DNA of 64,000 bases from an uncultured Ignavibacteria bacterium (GTDB lineage Bacteria > Zixibacteria > MSB-5A5 > SM1-73). The notes below the pieces were generated by a model. The model made no database searches. It was given only the letters and a program-made list of their open reading frames with translations, and was not told where the DNA came from. The stretch spans positions 230 to 64,229 of the forward strand of contig CAZPOP010000017.1 of NCBI GenBank assembly GCA_964588305.1. The letters are read 5' to 3'. Each line of letters starts with the position of its first letter. Position 1 is the first letter of the stretch. Shown piece after piece: positions 46,605-62,424 of this stretch. Position numbers and translations under genes: made by a program.

Positions 46605-48731
46605 ATGGGACGTATTTTCATATCTTTGTTCTTATTCCACATGGCCGCTTGTCTTGTCCCGCCGAGCGGAATTGCTCAAGAGGGTGGACAGGATCTTAAG
46701 GGTTTGGTGGAAATGAACCTGGAAGATCTCCTGGACATGAAAGTCGTTTCTGCTGCGCGCCATGAACAAAGGATCATAGAGTCCCCAAGATCAATCTCGA
46801 TTGTCACTGCAGAAGAGATCCGAAGGAAAAACTATCGGACCACCCCTGAAGCATTGAATGAGCTTGTCGGTATCCTGGTACAGGAAACCAATTACGGAGG
46901 AGGGTCGCCCATCATCCGAGGGTTGGTAGGAAATCAAATTCTGATTTTGGTTGATGGTATCAGATTGAATAACACCATCTTCCGCCTGGGTCCCAATCAA
47001 TACCTCAACACCATTGACGTTAATCAGATTGAACAGATCGAGGTAGTTCGAGGGCCCGGCTCAGTGCTTCATGGCAGCGACGCCTTAGGGGGTTTGATTA
47101 ACATCATCACAAAGTCCAGAAGAGACGACGGGAAAGACTTTGATATCGGCGCCAGATTCTACAGCCGGTATGCCAGCGCAGATAACGGGAGGACCGGGCG
47201 CATGGAGTTTTTGGGGAACGTTAAGAACGTGGGCCTCACAGGCGGATTCAGCTACAAGCAATTTGGTGATCTGCGAGCTGGTGATGGAGTGGGACTTCAG
47301 CCCTTTACCGGGTATGATGAATGGGACGCCGATCTCAAAATGGACTTTAGATTCTCCAAGCGACAAAGCGTTACAGTCGGTCTACAACGCGTCAATCAGT
47401 CCAATGTGCCCAGGACCGACCGGCTGGTATCGGGCTCCGATTTGAAACGTGAATGGAATCCGGAAACGCGAGATCTAATGTATGTACAATATGAACTAAG
47501 GGAAGCGAATTCCTTCATCAACGCTCTTCGTGCTGGTGTTTCCTATCAAAATCAATCGGAGGATCTGGAAAGAATTACAAGTTCCCAACCAGACATCCAG
47601 CGAGAGCATCACGAAGAGGTTAGGTCAACGGGGTTCACGTTTCAACTGCATTCCCCAGTGGGCGAACGTCAGTTTCTTACCTATGGTGCTGAATACTATA
47701 CGGATGACGTTAGGAGCCGAAGGGTGGACGTTGATATAACATGCGGAACCGGAACAAACAAAGAGGGGACATTTGCTGACGGTTCGACTTACCAGTCCAT
47801 GGCGGCATTCGTGCAGGACGAGATCAAGGTAAGTGGCCCCCTGTCGGCGAACCTCGGTCTTCGATACAGTTGGTTCGATGCCCGAGCAACCGTTGATGAC
47901 CCGGCCACAGGAACCGTTACGGTTCATTCTCAACCAACTGCTCTGACCGGCTGTGCCAGAGCTTTGTATGAGCTAACAGAGAATTTCGTCGTTGCTCTCG
48001 GTGTGGGGCAAGGATTCAGGGCACCCAACATCGACGATCTGACCATCTTGGGAAGCTTCGGCAGTGGGTTCGAGGTTCCTAATACCAATCTCGCACCGGA
48101 GCAGAGCCTAAATTATGAGATCGGCCTCAAAGGACAGCATAGGAAATTTTATGGTTCCCTGAGTTATTTTCTCAGCAATTACGAGGACATGATTGAACGC
48201 GATGGGGGGACGTTCCTTGGTCTTGAGTACCTGGACAACAACGACAACGGCATCCGGGATGAGGGAGAGGAGGATGTCTTCCAGAGAAAGAACATAGGCA
48301 GAGCGCGTATCCAAGGACTGGAGGCAGAGGGACAAATCCTGGTATCACAGGCCTGGACTGTGTTTGGCAATATTGCCTGGATCAAGGGTGATAACTTGAT
48401 CGACGGTAAACCACTCAGACGTATACCCCCGATCAAGGGTAAGCTGGGCTGCGAGTGGAAGTTAAAAAGGAATCTGTGGATAGAGTACTACAATATGTTT
48501 GCCACAAAGCAGGATAGACTCGCACCTGGAGACATAGACGATCCTCGCATTCCTGTCGGTGGCACGCCAGGGTTTGTGACCTTCAATCTTCGAGGAGGAA
48601 TTGATTTCATTAACTGGGGCAATGTCACTATGGCGCTGGAAAATATAACGAACGAAGCTTATCGACTTCATGGCTCTGGCATCGATAGTCCAGGAGTCAA
48701 TCTTGTGATGGGTTACGAATTGTCACTTTAG
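46605..48731 (+). CDS. TonB-dependent outer-membrane receptor
   Basis: Signal peptide and plug motifs ('VVSAARHEQRIIESPRSISIVTAEEI', 'IEVVRGPGSVLHGSDALGGLINIITK'). Confidence 0.8.
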   Translation: MGRIFISLFLFHMAACLVPPSGIAQEGGQDLKGLVEMNLEDLLDMKVVSAARHEQRIIESPRSISIVTAEEIRRKNYRTTPEALNELVGILVQETNYGGGSPIIRGLVGNQILILVDGIRLNNTIFRLGPNQYLNTIDVNQIEQIEVVRGPGSVLHGSDALGGLINIITKSRRDDGKDFDIGARFYSRYASADNGRTGRMEFLGNVKNVGLTGGFSYKQFGDLRAGDGVGLQPFTGYDEWDADLKMDFRFSKRQSVTVGLQRVNQSNVPRTDRLVSGSDLKREWNPETRDLMYVQYELREANSFINALRAGVSYQNQSEDLERITSSQPDIQREHHEEVRSTGFTFQLHSPVGERQFLTYGAEYYTDDVRSRRVDVDITCGTGTNKEGTFADGSTYQSMAAFVQDEIKVSGPLSANLGLRYSWFDARATVDDPATGTVTVHSQPTALTGCARALYELTENFVVALGVGQGFRAPNIDDLTILGSFGSGFEVPNTNLAPEQSLNYEIGLKGQHRKFYGSLSYFLSNYEDMIERDGGTFLGLEYLDNNDNGIRDEGEEDVFQRKNIGRARIQGLEAEGQILVSQAWTVFGNIAWIKGDNLIDGKPLRRIPPIKGKLGCEWKLKRNLWIEYYNMFATKQDRLAPGDIDDPRIPVGGTPGFVTFNLRGGIDFINWGNVTMALENITNEAYRLHGSGIDSPGVNLVMGYELSL

Positions 48732-48782
48732 GTTGGTGCGAACAGGTAGCATTCACGCGGGAAAGATTGCCCAAAAATCCAA

Positions 48783-49394
48783 ATGTCCATGAACAGTTTT
48801 GAATCGACAGTGAATCGCAGAAGGAGTATGCCGAGATTTGCTTTGGCGCTGGCCTTGATATTCTTATGGGCAGCAACGTCCTATTCTCAGACAATGGAAG
48901 TCCCAGTCAAATTGCAGTTAGCTCTGCTTTTCAAAATACTAACCTTCGATCGGAACTTCAAAGAGAGGGTGGGTGATGAGGTTGTTATCGCTGTTGGTTA
49001 TCAGGAAAAACACAGAAGGTCTCTGGATGCGAAAGATGAACTGCTAAGAGTGGTGAAAGAGTCGTCCCTGAAGAGAATCGAGGATATTCCGTTTCGATTG
49101 GTGTCGATTGATATGGATGATACAAATCTGGCAGGCGCCATTTCGAGAAATAAGGTTGATATTCTTTATATAACTCCGCTGCGTGCGGCGAAGATAGAAA
49201 CGATAACTGACGTAAGCCGGGCCAAAGAGATTATGACCGTAACCGGCGTGCCCGATTATGTCGAGGCAGGGTGTGCGGTTGGCATCGGCACGGAAGGAGA
49301 AAAGCCGTTGATCATTATTAACCTGCCCGCGGCAAAAGCGGAGGGCACGGATTTCAGTTCACAGTTATTGAAGTTAGCAAAAGTCGTTGAATGA
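48783..49394 (+). CDS. YfiR/DUF4154-family periplasmic regulatory protein
   Basis: Signal peptide. N-terminal 'LQLALLFKILTFDRNF' and C-terminal 'IIINLPAAKAEGTDFSSQLLKLAKVV' match YfiR-family motifs. Stop overlaps the start of the next kinase (ATGA). Confidence 0.6.
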   Translation: MSMNSFESTVNRRRSMPRFALALALIFLWAATSYSQTMEVPVKLQLALLFKILTFDRNFKERVGDEVVIAVGYQEKHRRSLDAKDELLRVVKESSLKRIEDIPFRLVSIDMDDTNLAGAISRNKVDILYITPLRAAKIETITDVSRAKEIMTVTGVPDYVEAGCAVGIGTEGEKPLIIINLPAAKAEGTDFSSQLLKLAKVVE

Positions 49395-51364
49395 AAAAGA
49401 AGAGAGGTCAATCTATGGAATCATTTCCGAGACTTTTCCTTAAGGCGCAGTTCTCCACAATCAGAGGAAAGCTTGCTTCGCTTATCATATTTCTGATAGG
49501 TGGGATATCTCTTTTTATCTTTATCTATTTTCCCGCCAGGTTGGAGGAGCAAGCGATCAGAGCGATTGCCGCTAAGGCACAAAGCATTACCAGGATGACA
49601 GCCTTTAGCGTCAGCGCTGCGCTGTTTTTTGAAGATCTTGAGAGTATAGAGGGAGCACTCGAGGGAGCAAAACAAAACCAAGATTTAGTCTACGTCGTGA
49701 TACGGGCTGAGTCGGGCCGAGTTACCGCCGCCTTTAACAGAGACAAAGCGGAGGAGGCGAATTTCATTCAGACGAACGAAGATAATCATCTGTCCGGGGA
49801 TGGCATGATTTATAAGACAATGACTCCCATTGTCCTGAATGGTCGCGAAATCGGAGAGCTCTATCTGGGCCTTTCGTTAGAAAAGCTGAGAACCGAGATC
49901 AAGTGGAGCCGAAGGACCATCGCATTAGTCAGCTTGTTCATCTTCATCTTTGGAATGATAGCTGTATACGGTATCAGTGTGGTGGCAACACGCCCTTTGA
50001 GCCAGATGGTCGAAACGGTGGAGCAGATTTCGAAAGGCGATTTGACGCGGAGAGCGGTCATTTCCTCTCAAGACGAGGTGGGTCATCTGGCCAGATCGTT
50101 CAACCTGATGGTCGATAATTTGGAATCGGCCTATGGTGAATTGCAGAACGTAAACCAAAGTTTGGAAAAACGCGCAAAAGAACTACGACAGGAAATAAAT
50201 GAGCGCAAGCGGGCCGAGGAGGCGTTGCGGGAGAGCGAGGAGAGATTCCGCACAATCTCTACCACTGCCAAAGATGCTATCATTATGGTGGACAATAAAG
50301 GGAATATATCCTATTGGAATCCTGCTGCGGAAGGGATATTCGGCTACTTAAGTCAAGAGGCTATTGGCCGGGAATTACATGTATTACTTGCCCCCAAGAG
50401 ATACCATGAAGCTTATCACAAAGGATTCAGCAGGTTCACGGAAACTGGACAGGGTGACGCAATTGGAGAAACGCTTGAGCTGGAGGCCATCAGAAAAGAT
50501 GGCACAGAGTTCCCCATAGAGATTTCTCTTTCTGCCATCAAGATCAAGGGCAGTTGGCATGCCGTGGCAATACTTCGTGACACCACCGAGCGTAAGCAGG
50601 CGGAGGCGAAGTTGAAGCAGACGTTATCCAAGTTGGAACGTTCCAATGGCGAACTTCAACACTTTGCCTATGTAGCCTCGCACGATCTCCAGGAGCCTTT
50701 GCGCATGGTGGCCAGCTACGTCCAGCTATTGCAGCGGCGCTACAAAAGCAAACTCGATGCCGACGCTGACGATTTCATCGCATATGCGGTGGATGGCTCG
50801 AAGCGCATGCAGAATTTGATCAATGACCTGTTGGCCTATTCCCGTGTGGGCACGCGGGGTAAGGAGTTTGAAATGACCAACTGCCAGGTGGTGGTTGACC
50901 GGGCGTTGACAAATCTGCAGGTGAGTGTGGAGGAGAGCGGCGCCGAGATTACCCGTGAACCCTTGCCCACAGTGATGGCTGACGGCGTGCAGCTTGGTCA
51001 GTTGTTTCAGAACCTGATTGGCAATGCGATTAAGTTCCACGGCGACCATCCACCACGCGTCCATGTCTGCGCCCAGGCGAAGGAAAACGAATGGGAGTTC
51101 TCGGTGCAGGATAACGGGATCGGGATAGCTCCCCAGTTCGCCGATCGTATCTTTCAGATATTTCAACGCCTGCATACCAGAACCGAGTATCCCGGCACCG
51201 GCATTGGGTTGGCGGTCTCAAAGAAGATTGTGGAACGCCACGGTGGACGTATCTGGCTGGAGTCGGAGCTCGGAAAGGGATCAACATTCCACTTCACCAT
51301 CCCTAAGGAGATGAGAAAGGAGGTAGACCAGTATGAATATGAAGCAGTCGGGCAGGCCGGTTGA
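49391..51364 (+). CDS. Sensor histidine kinase (TM-HAMP-PAS-HisKA-HATPase; phytochrome-type H-box)
   Basis: HAMP '[33 protein letters not shown]'. PAS. H-box '[16 protein letters not shown]'. '[21 protein letters not shown]'. Confidence 0.85.
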   Translation: MKKKRGQSMESFPRLFLKAQFSTIRGKLASLIIFLIGGISLFIFIYFPARLEEQAIRAIAAKAQSITRMTAFSVSAALFFEDLESIEGALEGAKQNQDLVYVVIRAESGRVTAAFNRDKAEEANFIQTNEDNHLSGDGMIYKTMTPIVLNGREIGELYLGLSLEKLRTEIKWSRRTIALVSLFIFIFGMIAVYGISVVATRPLSQMVETVEQISKGDLTRRAVISSQDEVGHLARSFNLMVDNLESAYGELQNVNQSLEKRAKELRQEINERKRAEEALRESEERFRTISTTAKDAIIMVDNKGNISYWNPAAEGIFGYLSQEAIGRELHVLLAPKRYHEAYHKGFSRFTETGQGDAIGETLELEAIRKDGTEFPIEISLSAIKIKGSWHAVAILRDTTERKQAEAKLKQTLSKLERSNGELQHFAYVASHDLQEPLRMVASYVQLLQRRYKSKLDADADDFIAYAVDGSKRMQNLINDLLAYSRVGTRGKEFEMTNCQVVVDRALTNLQVSVEESGAEITREPLPTVMADGVQLGQLFQNLIGNAIKFHGDHPPRVHVCAQAKENEWEFSVQDNGIGIAPQFADRIFQIFQRLHTRTEYPGTGIGLAVSKKIVERHGGRIWLESELGKGSTFHFTIPKEMRKEVDQYEYEAVGQAG

Positions 51365-51779
51365 GATTCTTTTGGTGGAGGACAATCCGGGCGATGTGCG
51401 CCTGACATTGGAGGCTCTGAGGGAGGGCAAAATGCGCAACAATCTTAGCGTGGTGGAGGATGGAGTGGAGGCGCTGGCCTTCCTGTGCCGGGAAGGCAGG
51501 CATGTTGGCGCACCTCGTCCTGACCTCATCTTCCTCGATTTGAACCTTCCCAAGAAGGATGGTCGCGAGGTGCTGGCGCAGATCAAGGCTGACGAAAACC
51601 TGAAAAGCATACCGGTGGTGGTTCTGACCACATCAAAGGCGGAAGAAGATATCATCAAGACATACAATCTCCACGCCAACTGCTATGTTACCAAGCCGGT
51701 TGACCTGGAGCAGTTTATCAAAGTCGTGAAGTTGCTCGAGGATTTCTGGTTCACAATTGTGAAACTTCCCCAGGGCTAA
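51333..51779 (+). CDS. Single-domain response regulator (Rcp1-like receiver)
   Basis: '[11 protein letters not shown]...[14 protein letters not shown]...VVVLTTSK...CYVTKP'. Overlaps the 3' end of the upstream kinase gene. Confidence 0.85.
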   Translation: MNMKQSGRPVEILLVEDNPGDVRLTLEALREGKMRNNLSVVEDGVEALAFLCREGRHVGAPRPDLIFLDLNLPKKDGREVLAQIKADENLKSIPVVVLTTSKAEEDIIKTYNLHANCYVTKPVDLEQFIKVVKLLEDFWFTIVKLPQG

Positions 51780-51783
51780 TGGT

Positions 51784-56298
<4,515 letters not shown>

Positions 56299-56636
56299 CG
56301 TGTTAGTTCCGGCCTTTTCTTATTTCGTCCTCATGTCCGGGGAAACAGACGGTGAAGTCTGATAAGAGATGCGGTCACGACAACCGCAGCTGACTTTCCG
56401 GGAATCATCGCTGTTGTGGCAGAGCAGCGTCATCCCGCAAGAATACGGTGTTTGCGATCCTCACCCAAAAGGTAAAGGGGGAAGATTCATCTCCCCAGAC
56501 CGGGGCTGCTCCGAGTTAGTCTGGTCTAAGGACAGTCCAAGAAAAAAGGACTCCCACCACCCTAAAAAACAGCAAAGAGGATAACTTTATCGTTTCGCCT
56601 GACAAGATGGCCGTCAAGGGAATATAAGTACTTTAC

Positions 56637-56668
56637 CTAAAGCACCAGAGTTTAGAGCCGATTTAGGT
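56637..56668 (+). promoter_or_regulatory. Conserved 32-bp motif CTAAAGCACCAGAGTTTAGAGCCGATTTAGGT (copy 2), about 170 bp upstream of the frameshifted hybrid kinase
   Basis: See copy 1. Confidence 0.4.
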
Positions 56669-56840
56669 TTAAGGAAAGGATGTCGGAATTCTCACTGGCA
56701 TTCTTTTGAGGAGGTTCCGGTTGTCTGAAGGTATGGACAAGACAAAGAGCAACTCATGCGTGACCTGCTAAGGATGCGCCAACGAATCATTGAATTCAGA
56801 GTATTAGGAGCGCTGGGCGGAGCTGCCCGCGAGGCCAAAG

Positions 56841-59161
56841 ATGAGGGATAAAGGAACAGACCGTACAAGTGCAGCCAAGAGAATGATATTGGCGGGAATC
56901 GGGTTGGGGGGACTATTCTGGATTCTCGAATCCACCATACAATGCCTCGTATTCCATAAGGGCAATCTCATCGAGGAGATATTCAGCCTAAATCCTCAAG
57001 AAATGTGGATGCGCTCGTTGGCGCTTTGCATCCTCATCATGTTCAGCGCGTCTATGCCCGAGGCATTATCACCGAGCGCAAGCGGGCTGAAGAGGGACTC
57101 AGGGAAGCCAAGGAGGAGGCGGAGGAAGCCAACCGGCTTAAGAGTGAGTTTCTTGCCAACATGAGCCATGAGATTCGCACCCCCTTGAACGCCATCATCG
57201 GTATGACCGACATAGCTCTGGACACAGAGTTGACGGAGGAGCAGCGCGATTACCTGAATACGGTCAAGGATAGCTCGCGTGCACTCTTGGATCTCCTAAA
57301 CGACATCCTGGATCTTTCAAAGATAGAAGCGGATCGGATTGAGATGGAAACCATAGCCTTCAACCTGCGGGTCACTGTGGAGGGGGTGGTTGGAGCCTTA
57401 GCTCCTAAGGCTTCCGCCAAGGGATTGGAACTGGTTTGTATGATCCACCCCCAGGTACCTTCTCTATTAGGCGGTGACCCGGGTCGACTGCGGCAAATCC
57501 TGATGAATTTAGCGGGAAATGCGGTGAAGTTCACTGAACGAGGGGAGGTGGTGATCGGTGTGGAGCTTAAGGAGGAAACCGAGGATCGGGCCAGATTGCT
57601 TTTTTCCATCACCGATACCGGAATAGGCATCCCCAAAGACAAACAGGCGAAAGTCTTTGAGAGCTTCACCCAGGCAGATGGATCAACCACTCGCAAATAC
57701 GGGGGCACGGGGTTAGGTCTATGCATTTCCAAGCGGTTAGTCGAGTTGATGGGCGGCAAGATCAGCGTGGAGAGTCAACCGGGTGGGGGGAGTCGTTTCT
57801 GGTTTGGCGTTACCTTGCAGAAGGAGAGAAAGCTCGAAGTGACGTCTCCGACGGCTCCTCGGGATGTACGCGGCATGCGGATGTTGGTGGTGGACGACAA
57901 CGAAACCAGCCGGACCATTCTGGTGAAGATGCTGGAGTCTTTTGGGTGCCAAGCCGAGGCCGTATCAAGCGGTACCCAGGCTTTACAAGCATTGCGGGTG
58001 GTTCAGCAGGGGAAGTGCTTCGATTTTGCGTTGCTGGACATGCGGATGCCAGGGATGGATGGTGAGCAAACCTTGCGTGCGATAAAGGACGATCCTGAAA
58101 TCACTGACGTGCCGGTCGTGATCCTCACCTCTGTGGGAATCCGTGGAGACGCTGCCCGACTGCAGAGTTTGGGCTGTGCGGGATATCTTATGAAGCCGGT
58201 CAGGCAGTCGCAGTTGTTCGATACCATCATCACCGTCCTGAGCCGGCAAGGTAGGGAGGCAAAAGACAAACCCGCCGCCATAGTCACCCGCCATACCATA
58301 GAGGATCAGAGGCGCCGGGCGATCCGCATACTTTTGGCGGAGGATAATCCCACCAACCAGAAATTAGCGGTCACCCTTCTGGGGAGGGCTGGTTATTCGG
58401 CGGACGTGGTGGGAGATGGGAGAATGGCAATAGAAACGCTTGAGCGCTCTTTCTATGACCTGGTACTGATGGATGTTCAGATGCCGGAGATGAACGGTTT
58501 TGAGGCCACCAAGGCAATCCGAGAAAGAGAGGGTGATGAGAAGCATACACCCGTTATCGCCCTCACCGCACATGCCATGCAGAAGGATCGGGAGCGGTGC
58601 CTCGAAGCGGGCATGGACGATTACGTCTGCAAACCGATAGAGCCCCGAGAGCTGCTGGACGTCATAAACAAATGGACCGGATCGCGCGGTCAAGAGAGAA
58701 ACCTTTCAGCCTCCGTGTCACAGCCTGCACACCCGCCAGGAGAGAAAGACATTCCGATTGACTTCGAGAGTGTTCTTTCGAGATTCGACAACGACAAAGG
58801 ATTTCTTAAAGAGGTGTTTGTGGAGTTCTTAGACCATGCACCGAGACAGGCGGAGAGACTGGGTGAGGCCATAAAGAGAGGTGATGCTAAGGCGGTAGAA
58901 ACCGAAGCACATAGCATGAAGGGTGCAGCCAGCAATTTGGGTGTTACGTCCGTTGCCGCTGAAGCCTTGCAACTGGAGCTCCTAGGGCGGAGGGGCGACT
59001 TAGCAGATGCGAAGGAAATTGTTCATAAGCTAAGAAGTGAACTCGAGCGCCTGAAGGAATACGTGGACAAGTTTTTGGACGTGGAGGGCGTGCCAAAATC
59101 CGAATACTCCAACGTCGAATTCGCGGGAGTGAACGATGAGAATACTGATCGCCGAGGATGA
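56841..59161 (+). pseudogene. Hybrid histidine kinase (2-TM sensor-HisKA-HATPase-REC-REC-HPt) interrupted by a frameshift near 57045..57055
   Basis: ORF 56841..57164 (frame 0) encodes an N-terminal 2-TM segment homologous to the N-terminus of the kinase at 60890 ('RMILAGIGLGGLFWILES...[26 protein letters not shown]'). Its continuation '[13 protein letters not shown]...' is in frame 2 (ORF 57005..59161). A single-base indel or sequencing error is the simplest explanation. Confidence 0.6.
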
Positions 59162-59762
59162 ACCGATCTCCCGGAGATTACTGGAGACAACCCTCACCAA
59201 GGCCGGTCATGACGTGATCGGGGTTGAGGATGGAGCAAGAGCCCTGGACGCGATCCAGAAGGAGGCGCCCGATATGCTCATCACCGACTGGATGATGCCT
59301 GAGCTGGACGGATTGGAGTTGTGCCATCGGCTTCGGACTCTCAACCTTCCCGGTTATGTGTACGCGATTCTGTTGACTGCACTAACTCAAAAGGAGAATA
59401 TCACCCAGGGGCTGGATGCGGGTGCTGATGATTACATTACCAAGCCATTCGACAGAACAGAGCTTTTGGCCCGGGTGAGAGCAGGTGAAAGGGTGATCCA
59501 GCTCGAGAAATCACTTCGTGAAAAAAATAAGGAGCTCTCGGAAGCTTTGGCTCATGTAAAGCAACTGAAGGGGCTTTTGCCTATCTGCATGTTCTGCAAG
59601 AAGATCAGAGACGACGAAAACTATTGGCAACAAATCGAGGCATATATAGGTGAGCATACGGAAGCAGATTTCAGTCACAGCATCTGCCCGGAATGCTTGG
59701 AAAAACACTATCCGGATTACGCGAACAAGAAGAGAACTGAAGCTGCAGAGAGAAAGGCCTAA
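59136..59762 (+). CDS. Response regulator: receiver domain plus C-terminal CxxC...CxxC zinc-ribbon-like output
   Basis: REC '[12 protein letters not shown]...[14 protein letters not shown]...ITKP'. C-terminal '[41 protein letters not shown]'. Followed by a rho-independent terminator. Confidence 0.8.
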   Translation: MRILIAEDEPISRRLLETTLTKAGHDVIGVEDGARALDAIQKEAPDMLITDWMMPELDGLELCHRLRTLNLPGYVYAILLTALTQKENITQGLDAGADDYITKPFDRTELLARVRAGERVIQLEKSLREKNKELSEALAHVKQLKGLLPICMFCKKIRDDENYWQQIEAYIGEHTEADFSHSICPECLEKHYPDYANKKRTEAAERKA

Positions 59763-59790
59763 GATATATCGCGTGAATGACTGACGGGAT

Positions 59791-59816
59791 GGGCGGGGTC
59801 TGCTCCGCCCTTTTTC
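59791..59816. terminator. Rho-independent terminator (GGGCGGggtctgctCCGCCC + TTTTTCT) between convergent genes
   Basis: GC stem followed by a T-run immediately after the response-regulator stop at 59762. Also positioned 3' of the minus-strand gene ending at 59860. Confidence 0.7.
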
Positions 59817-59859
59817 TCTTCCTGAGCGACACCCTCGGGTCTTCCTGGTAAGCCCTCCT

Positions 59860-60549
59860 TCAAAACCCTGGTTTCATCATGCGGGAATAGTAGCTTCCAG
59901 CCGTGTAGAGGGCAGCCAGCGGATTATGTCCCAGAACCCGATCCTTTGCGGCTAACACCGTGGTATAAGCATCGGCATATTTAAAAAACAATGAATCATG
60001 CCCCACACATAATCCCAAGAGTATGTTGAACTCGGTCTTCTCCTGGTTTAAGATCTTGGCTTGGGTGATAGAATTGCACATCGGCTCAAATTCGCCTATG
60101 TTTATTTTTTCTTTATCCTGTACTCCGATTTTTTCTTTCGGCACCCTTCCCACTTTGCACATCACCGAGACCACCTCAAAGCCCTGGTTTACCAAAACCT
60201 TGTTCAGAATGGACGCCTCATTCATGAATCCAATACAAAAAGCAATGCCCAATTTCTTGTACCCCATTTTCTTCGCAAACTCGCAGATCTCCTGAACTCT
60301 GGGTTTGACCGGAAATTTAGTATAAGGTTTGATTTCTCTGTGAGCGTAGCATTCCCCTTCCTGGACCGAAGCCTGTCGGGCAAATTCCCCTATCTCCTTC
60401 TTCTCATACTCAGCCATCGCCTCAGTTACCACGTTCTTCTGATTCAATGTAGGACAGAACTTTGGACCTCTTCCTCCCTCCACCAAACAGACTTTTTCCT
60501 GTTTGTCAATCGGGCAGTCAGCGCATCGAGAAACCGTTTTCTTTTCCAC
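59860..60549 (-). CDS. Cys-rich predicted metal-binding protein (DUF1847-like)
   Basis: N-terminal 'CADCPIDKQEKVC...CPT' and further Cys pairs. Family assignment from memory only. Confidence 0.4.
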   Translation of the reverse strand: MEKKTVSRCADCPIDKQEKVCLVEGGRGPKFCPTLNQKNVVTEAMAEYEKKEIGEFARQASVQEGECYAHREIKPYTKFPVKPRVQEICEFAKKMGYKKLGIAFCIGFMNEASILNKVLVNQGFEVVSVMCKVGRVPKEKIGVQDKEKINIGEFEPMCNSITQAKILNQEKTEFNILLGLCVGHDSLFFKYADAYTTVLAAKDRVLGHNPLAALYTAGSYYSRMMKPGF

Positions 60550-60889
60550 GTTTTTCCTCCTCCGTTGAGTTCAGATCATTCTTTTTGATCACAAGCTGTT
60601 GCTGCAGCGCATCGCCAGCAAGGCACAAAACCGGGTCTAACCTGCTCACGCGGAACGGTTCGAAGCCATGCGGGACCGATCTGGGACCTTAAGACGCAAC
60701 TAACATAATCTCTTTGTCCTTATTTGGCAAGAGGACAAATGAAAACAAGTCAAACTTGCACATAAAGTATAGGAAATCCGAGCCGATTATACTCATTACG
60801 AATACCTTATATTCTCCATGAAGTTCCGGCTATGTGAGGCCAACTCCGGCTGACAGGGACGGTCAGTAACGGAGGCACACGTAGATGCT

Positions 60890-62032
60890 ATGGGAGACGC
60901 ACACGGATTGTTTGCAGAAGGAGGAACTGTGAAGCCAACGGGAGCTATTTCGAAGATTGGCATGATGGATAAAGGCACTGGTCGGAAAATCATCGGGAAA
61001 AAAATGATCTTGGCTGCTCTTGGGCTTGGGGCACTATACTGGATTCTTGGGTCTAGCGTAGATGTTCTTGTCTTTAAGGGCGGTAACATTATCGAAGAAA
61101 TATTTACCTTGGATTCGCACAAAATCTGGATGCGCTCGCTGGTTGTGTGTATTCTCATCTTGTTCAGTTTTTATGCACAAGGAATTATTACCGAGCGTAA
61201 GCGGGTTGAGGCCGCGCTTGCCCAGCAAACCAAAAAGTTGCGGCGTGCCAACCAAGAGCTTGAACGCAAGAACGCAGAGCTGGATCAGTTTACTTACGTT
61301 GCCAGCCACGATCTGCAAGAGCCGCTGCGCAAAGTGATGGCCTTTAGCGGCATGCTTCGTCAAGATTTGGGGGATAGACTGCCCGAGCGAGCGGCCAAGG
61401 ATCTTGGTTTTATCCTGGATGCAGCAAGGCGAATGCAGAAACTGGTGCAAGACCTTCTGGCGCTTTCACGCTCGGGAAGAATGGCCATGAAATGGGAGGC
61501 GCTCTCTCTCAACCACTGCGTTGATCAAGCCTTAGAAACGTTGACAATGCGGGCAAAGGAAAGCGGAGCGGAGATCCTCAGAGACGACCTGCCTGAGGCG
61601 TGGGGGGACCGTACCATGCTGACCCAGCTTTACGAGAACCTGCTCTCAAACGCATTGAAATTCACAAAGGCCGACCGGCCACTGATCCATTTGACGTCTG
61701 AGCGAATCGACGGTCGACTCATTCTTGGGGTGAAAGACAACGGCATTGGTGTCGATGCGAGATACGCCGACCAAATCTTCGCACCTTTCAAACGCTTGCA
61801 CGGACGCGGCGAGTATCAGGGCACCGGGATTGGTCTGGCCATCTGCGCCAAGACAGTTGAACGCCACGGGGGCAAGATTTGGGTGGAATCAGAAATAGGA
61901 GGGGGCGCACACTTCAAATTCACCCTGGGGGAAATGTCGTTTGACAAAAAGGAGGAGGTAACATGGGACAATTCGACGGAAAGCCTGCAGTCATACTGCT
62001 TGCCGAAGATGACCCCGGCGATCAAGAGCTGA
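60890..62032 (+). CDS. Sensor histidine kinase (2-TM N-terminus, phytochrome-type H-box, HATPase)
   Basis: '[16 protein letters not shown]', 'GTGIGLAICAKTVERHGGKIWVESE'. N-terminus paralogous to the frameshifted kinase at 56841. Start may be the internal 'MMDKGTG'. Confidence 0.85.
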   Translation: MGDAHGLFAEGGTVKPTGAISKIGMMDKGTGRKIIGKKMILAALGLGALYWILGSSVDVLVFKGGNIIEEIFTLDSHKIWMRSLVVCILILFSFYAQGIITERKRVEAALAQQTKKLRRANQELERKNAELDQFTYVASHDLQEPLRKVMAFSGMLRQDLGDRLPERAAKDLGFILDAARRMQKLVQDLLALSRSGRMAMKWEALSLNHCVDQALETLTMRAKESGAEILRDDLPEAWGDRTMLTQLYENLLSNALKFTKADRPLIHLTSERIDGRLILGVKDNGIGVDARYADQIFAPFKRLHGRGEYQGTGIGLAICAKTVERHGGKIWVESEIGGGAHFKFTLGEMSFDKKEEVTWDNSTESLQSYCLPKMTPAIKS

Positions 62033-62421
62033 CGCGGCGGGCTTTGGAACAGAGCAGAATCCGTAACGAGCTTTACATCGTTGAGGACGGGGAGGAAGCC
62101 TTGGATTATCTGCATCGCCGTGGTAGATACCATGACCCGCTTTCGTCCCCCAAGCCGGACCTGATGCTGCTGGATCTGAACATGCCTAAGATGGATGGCA
62201 AGCAGCTACTGGAGCAGATGCGGGCCGATCCCAGCCTGCGACGGATCCCCGTCGTGGCATTGACTACATCGAAGCAGGAGAGCGACATCATCCGTACCTA
62301 CGACCTGGGAGCGAATTCTTACATCGTTAAGCCGGTAGACATGGATCAATTCGTAAACGCCATTAAGGTTCTGAAAGATTATTGGTTTCAAATCGTGGTG
62401 CTGCCGCCGCGAGGAGAGTGA
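61963..62421 (+). CDS. Single-domain response regulator (Rcp1-like receiver)
   Basis: 'ILLAEDDPGDQ...DLMLLDLNMPKMDG...VVALTTSKQ...YIVKP'. Paralog of 51333..51779. Overlaps the upstream kinase. Confidence 0.85.
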   Translation: MGQFDGKPAVILLAEDDPGDQELTRRALEQSRIRNELYIVEDGEEALDYLHRRGRYHDPLSSPKPDLMLLDLNMPKMDGKQLLEQMRADPSLRRIPVVALTTSKQESDIIRTYDLGANSYIVKPVDMDQFVNAIKVLKDYWFQIVVLPPRGE

Positions 62422-62424
62422 ATT

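Noticed and set aside
57030-57070. Programmed ribosomal frameshift as explanation for the split hybrid kinase
   Set aside because: No slippery heptamer or downstream structure is evident at AGCGCGTCTATGCC. A single-base indel or pseudogene is more parsimonious.
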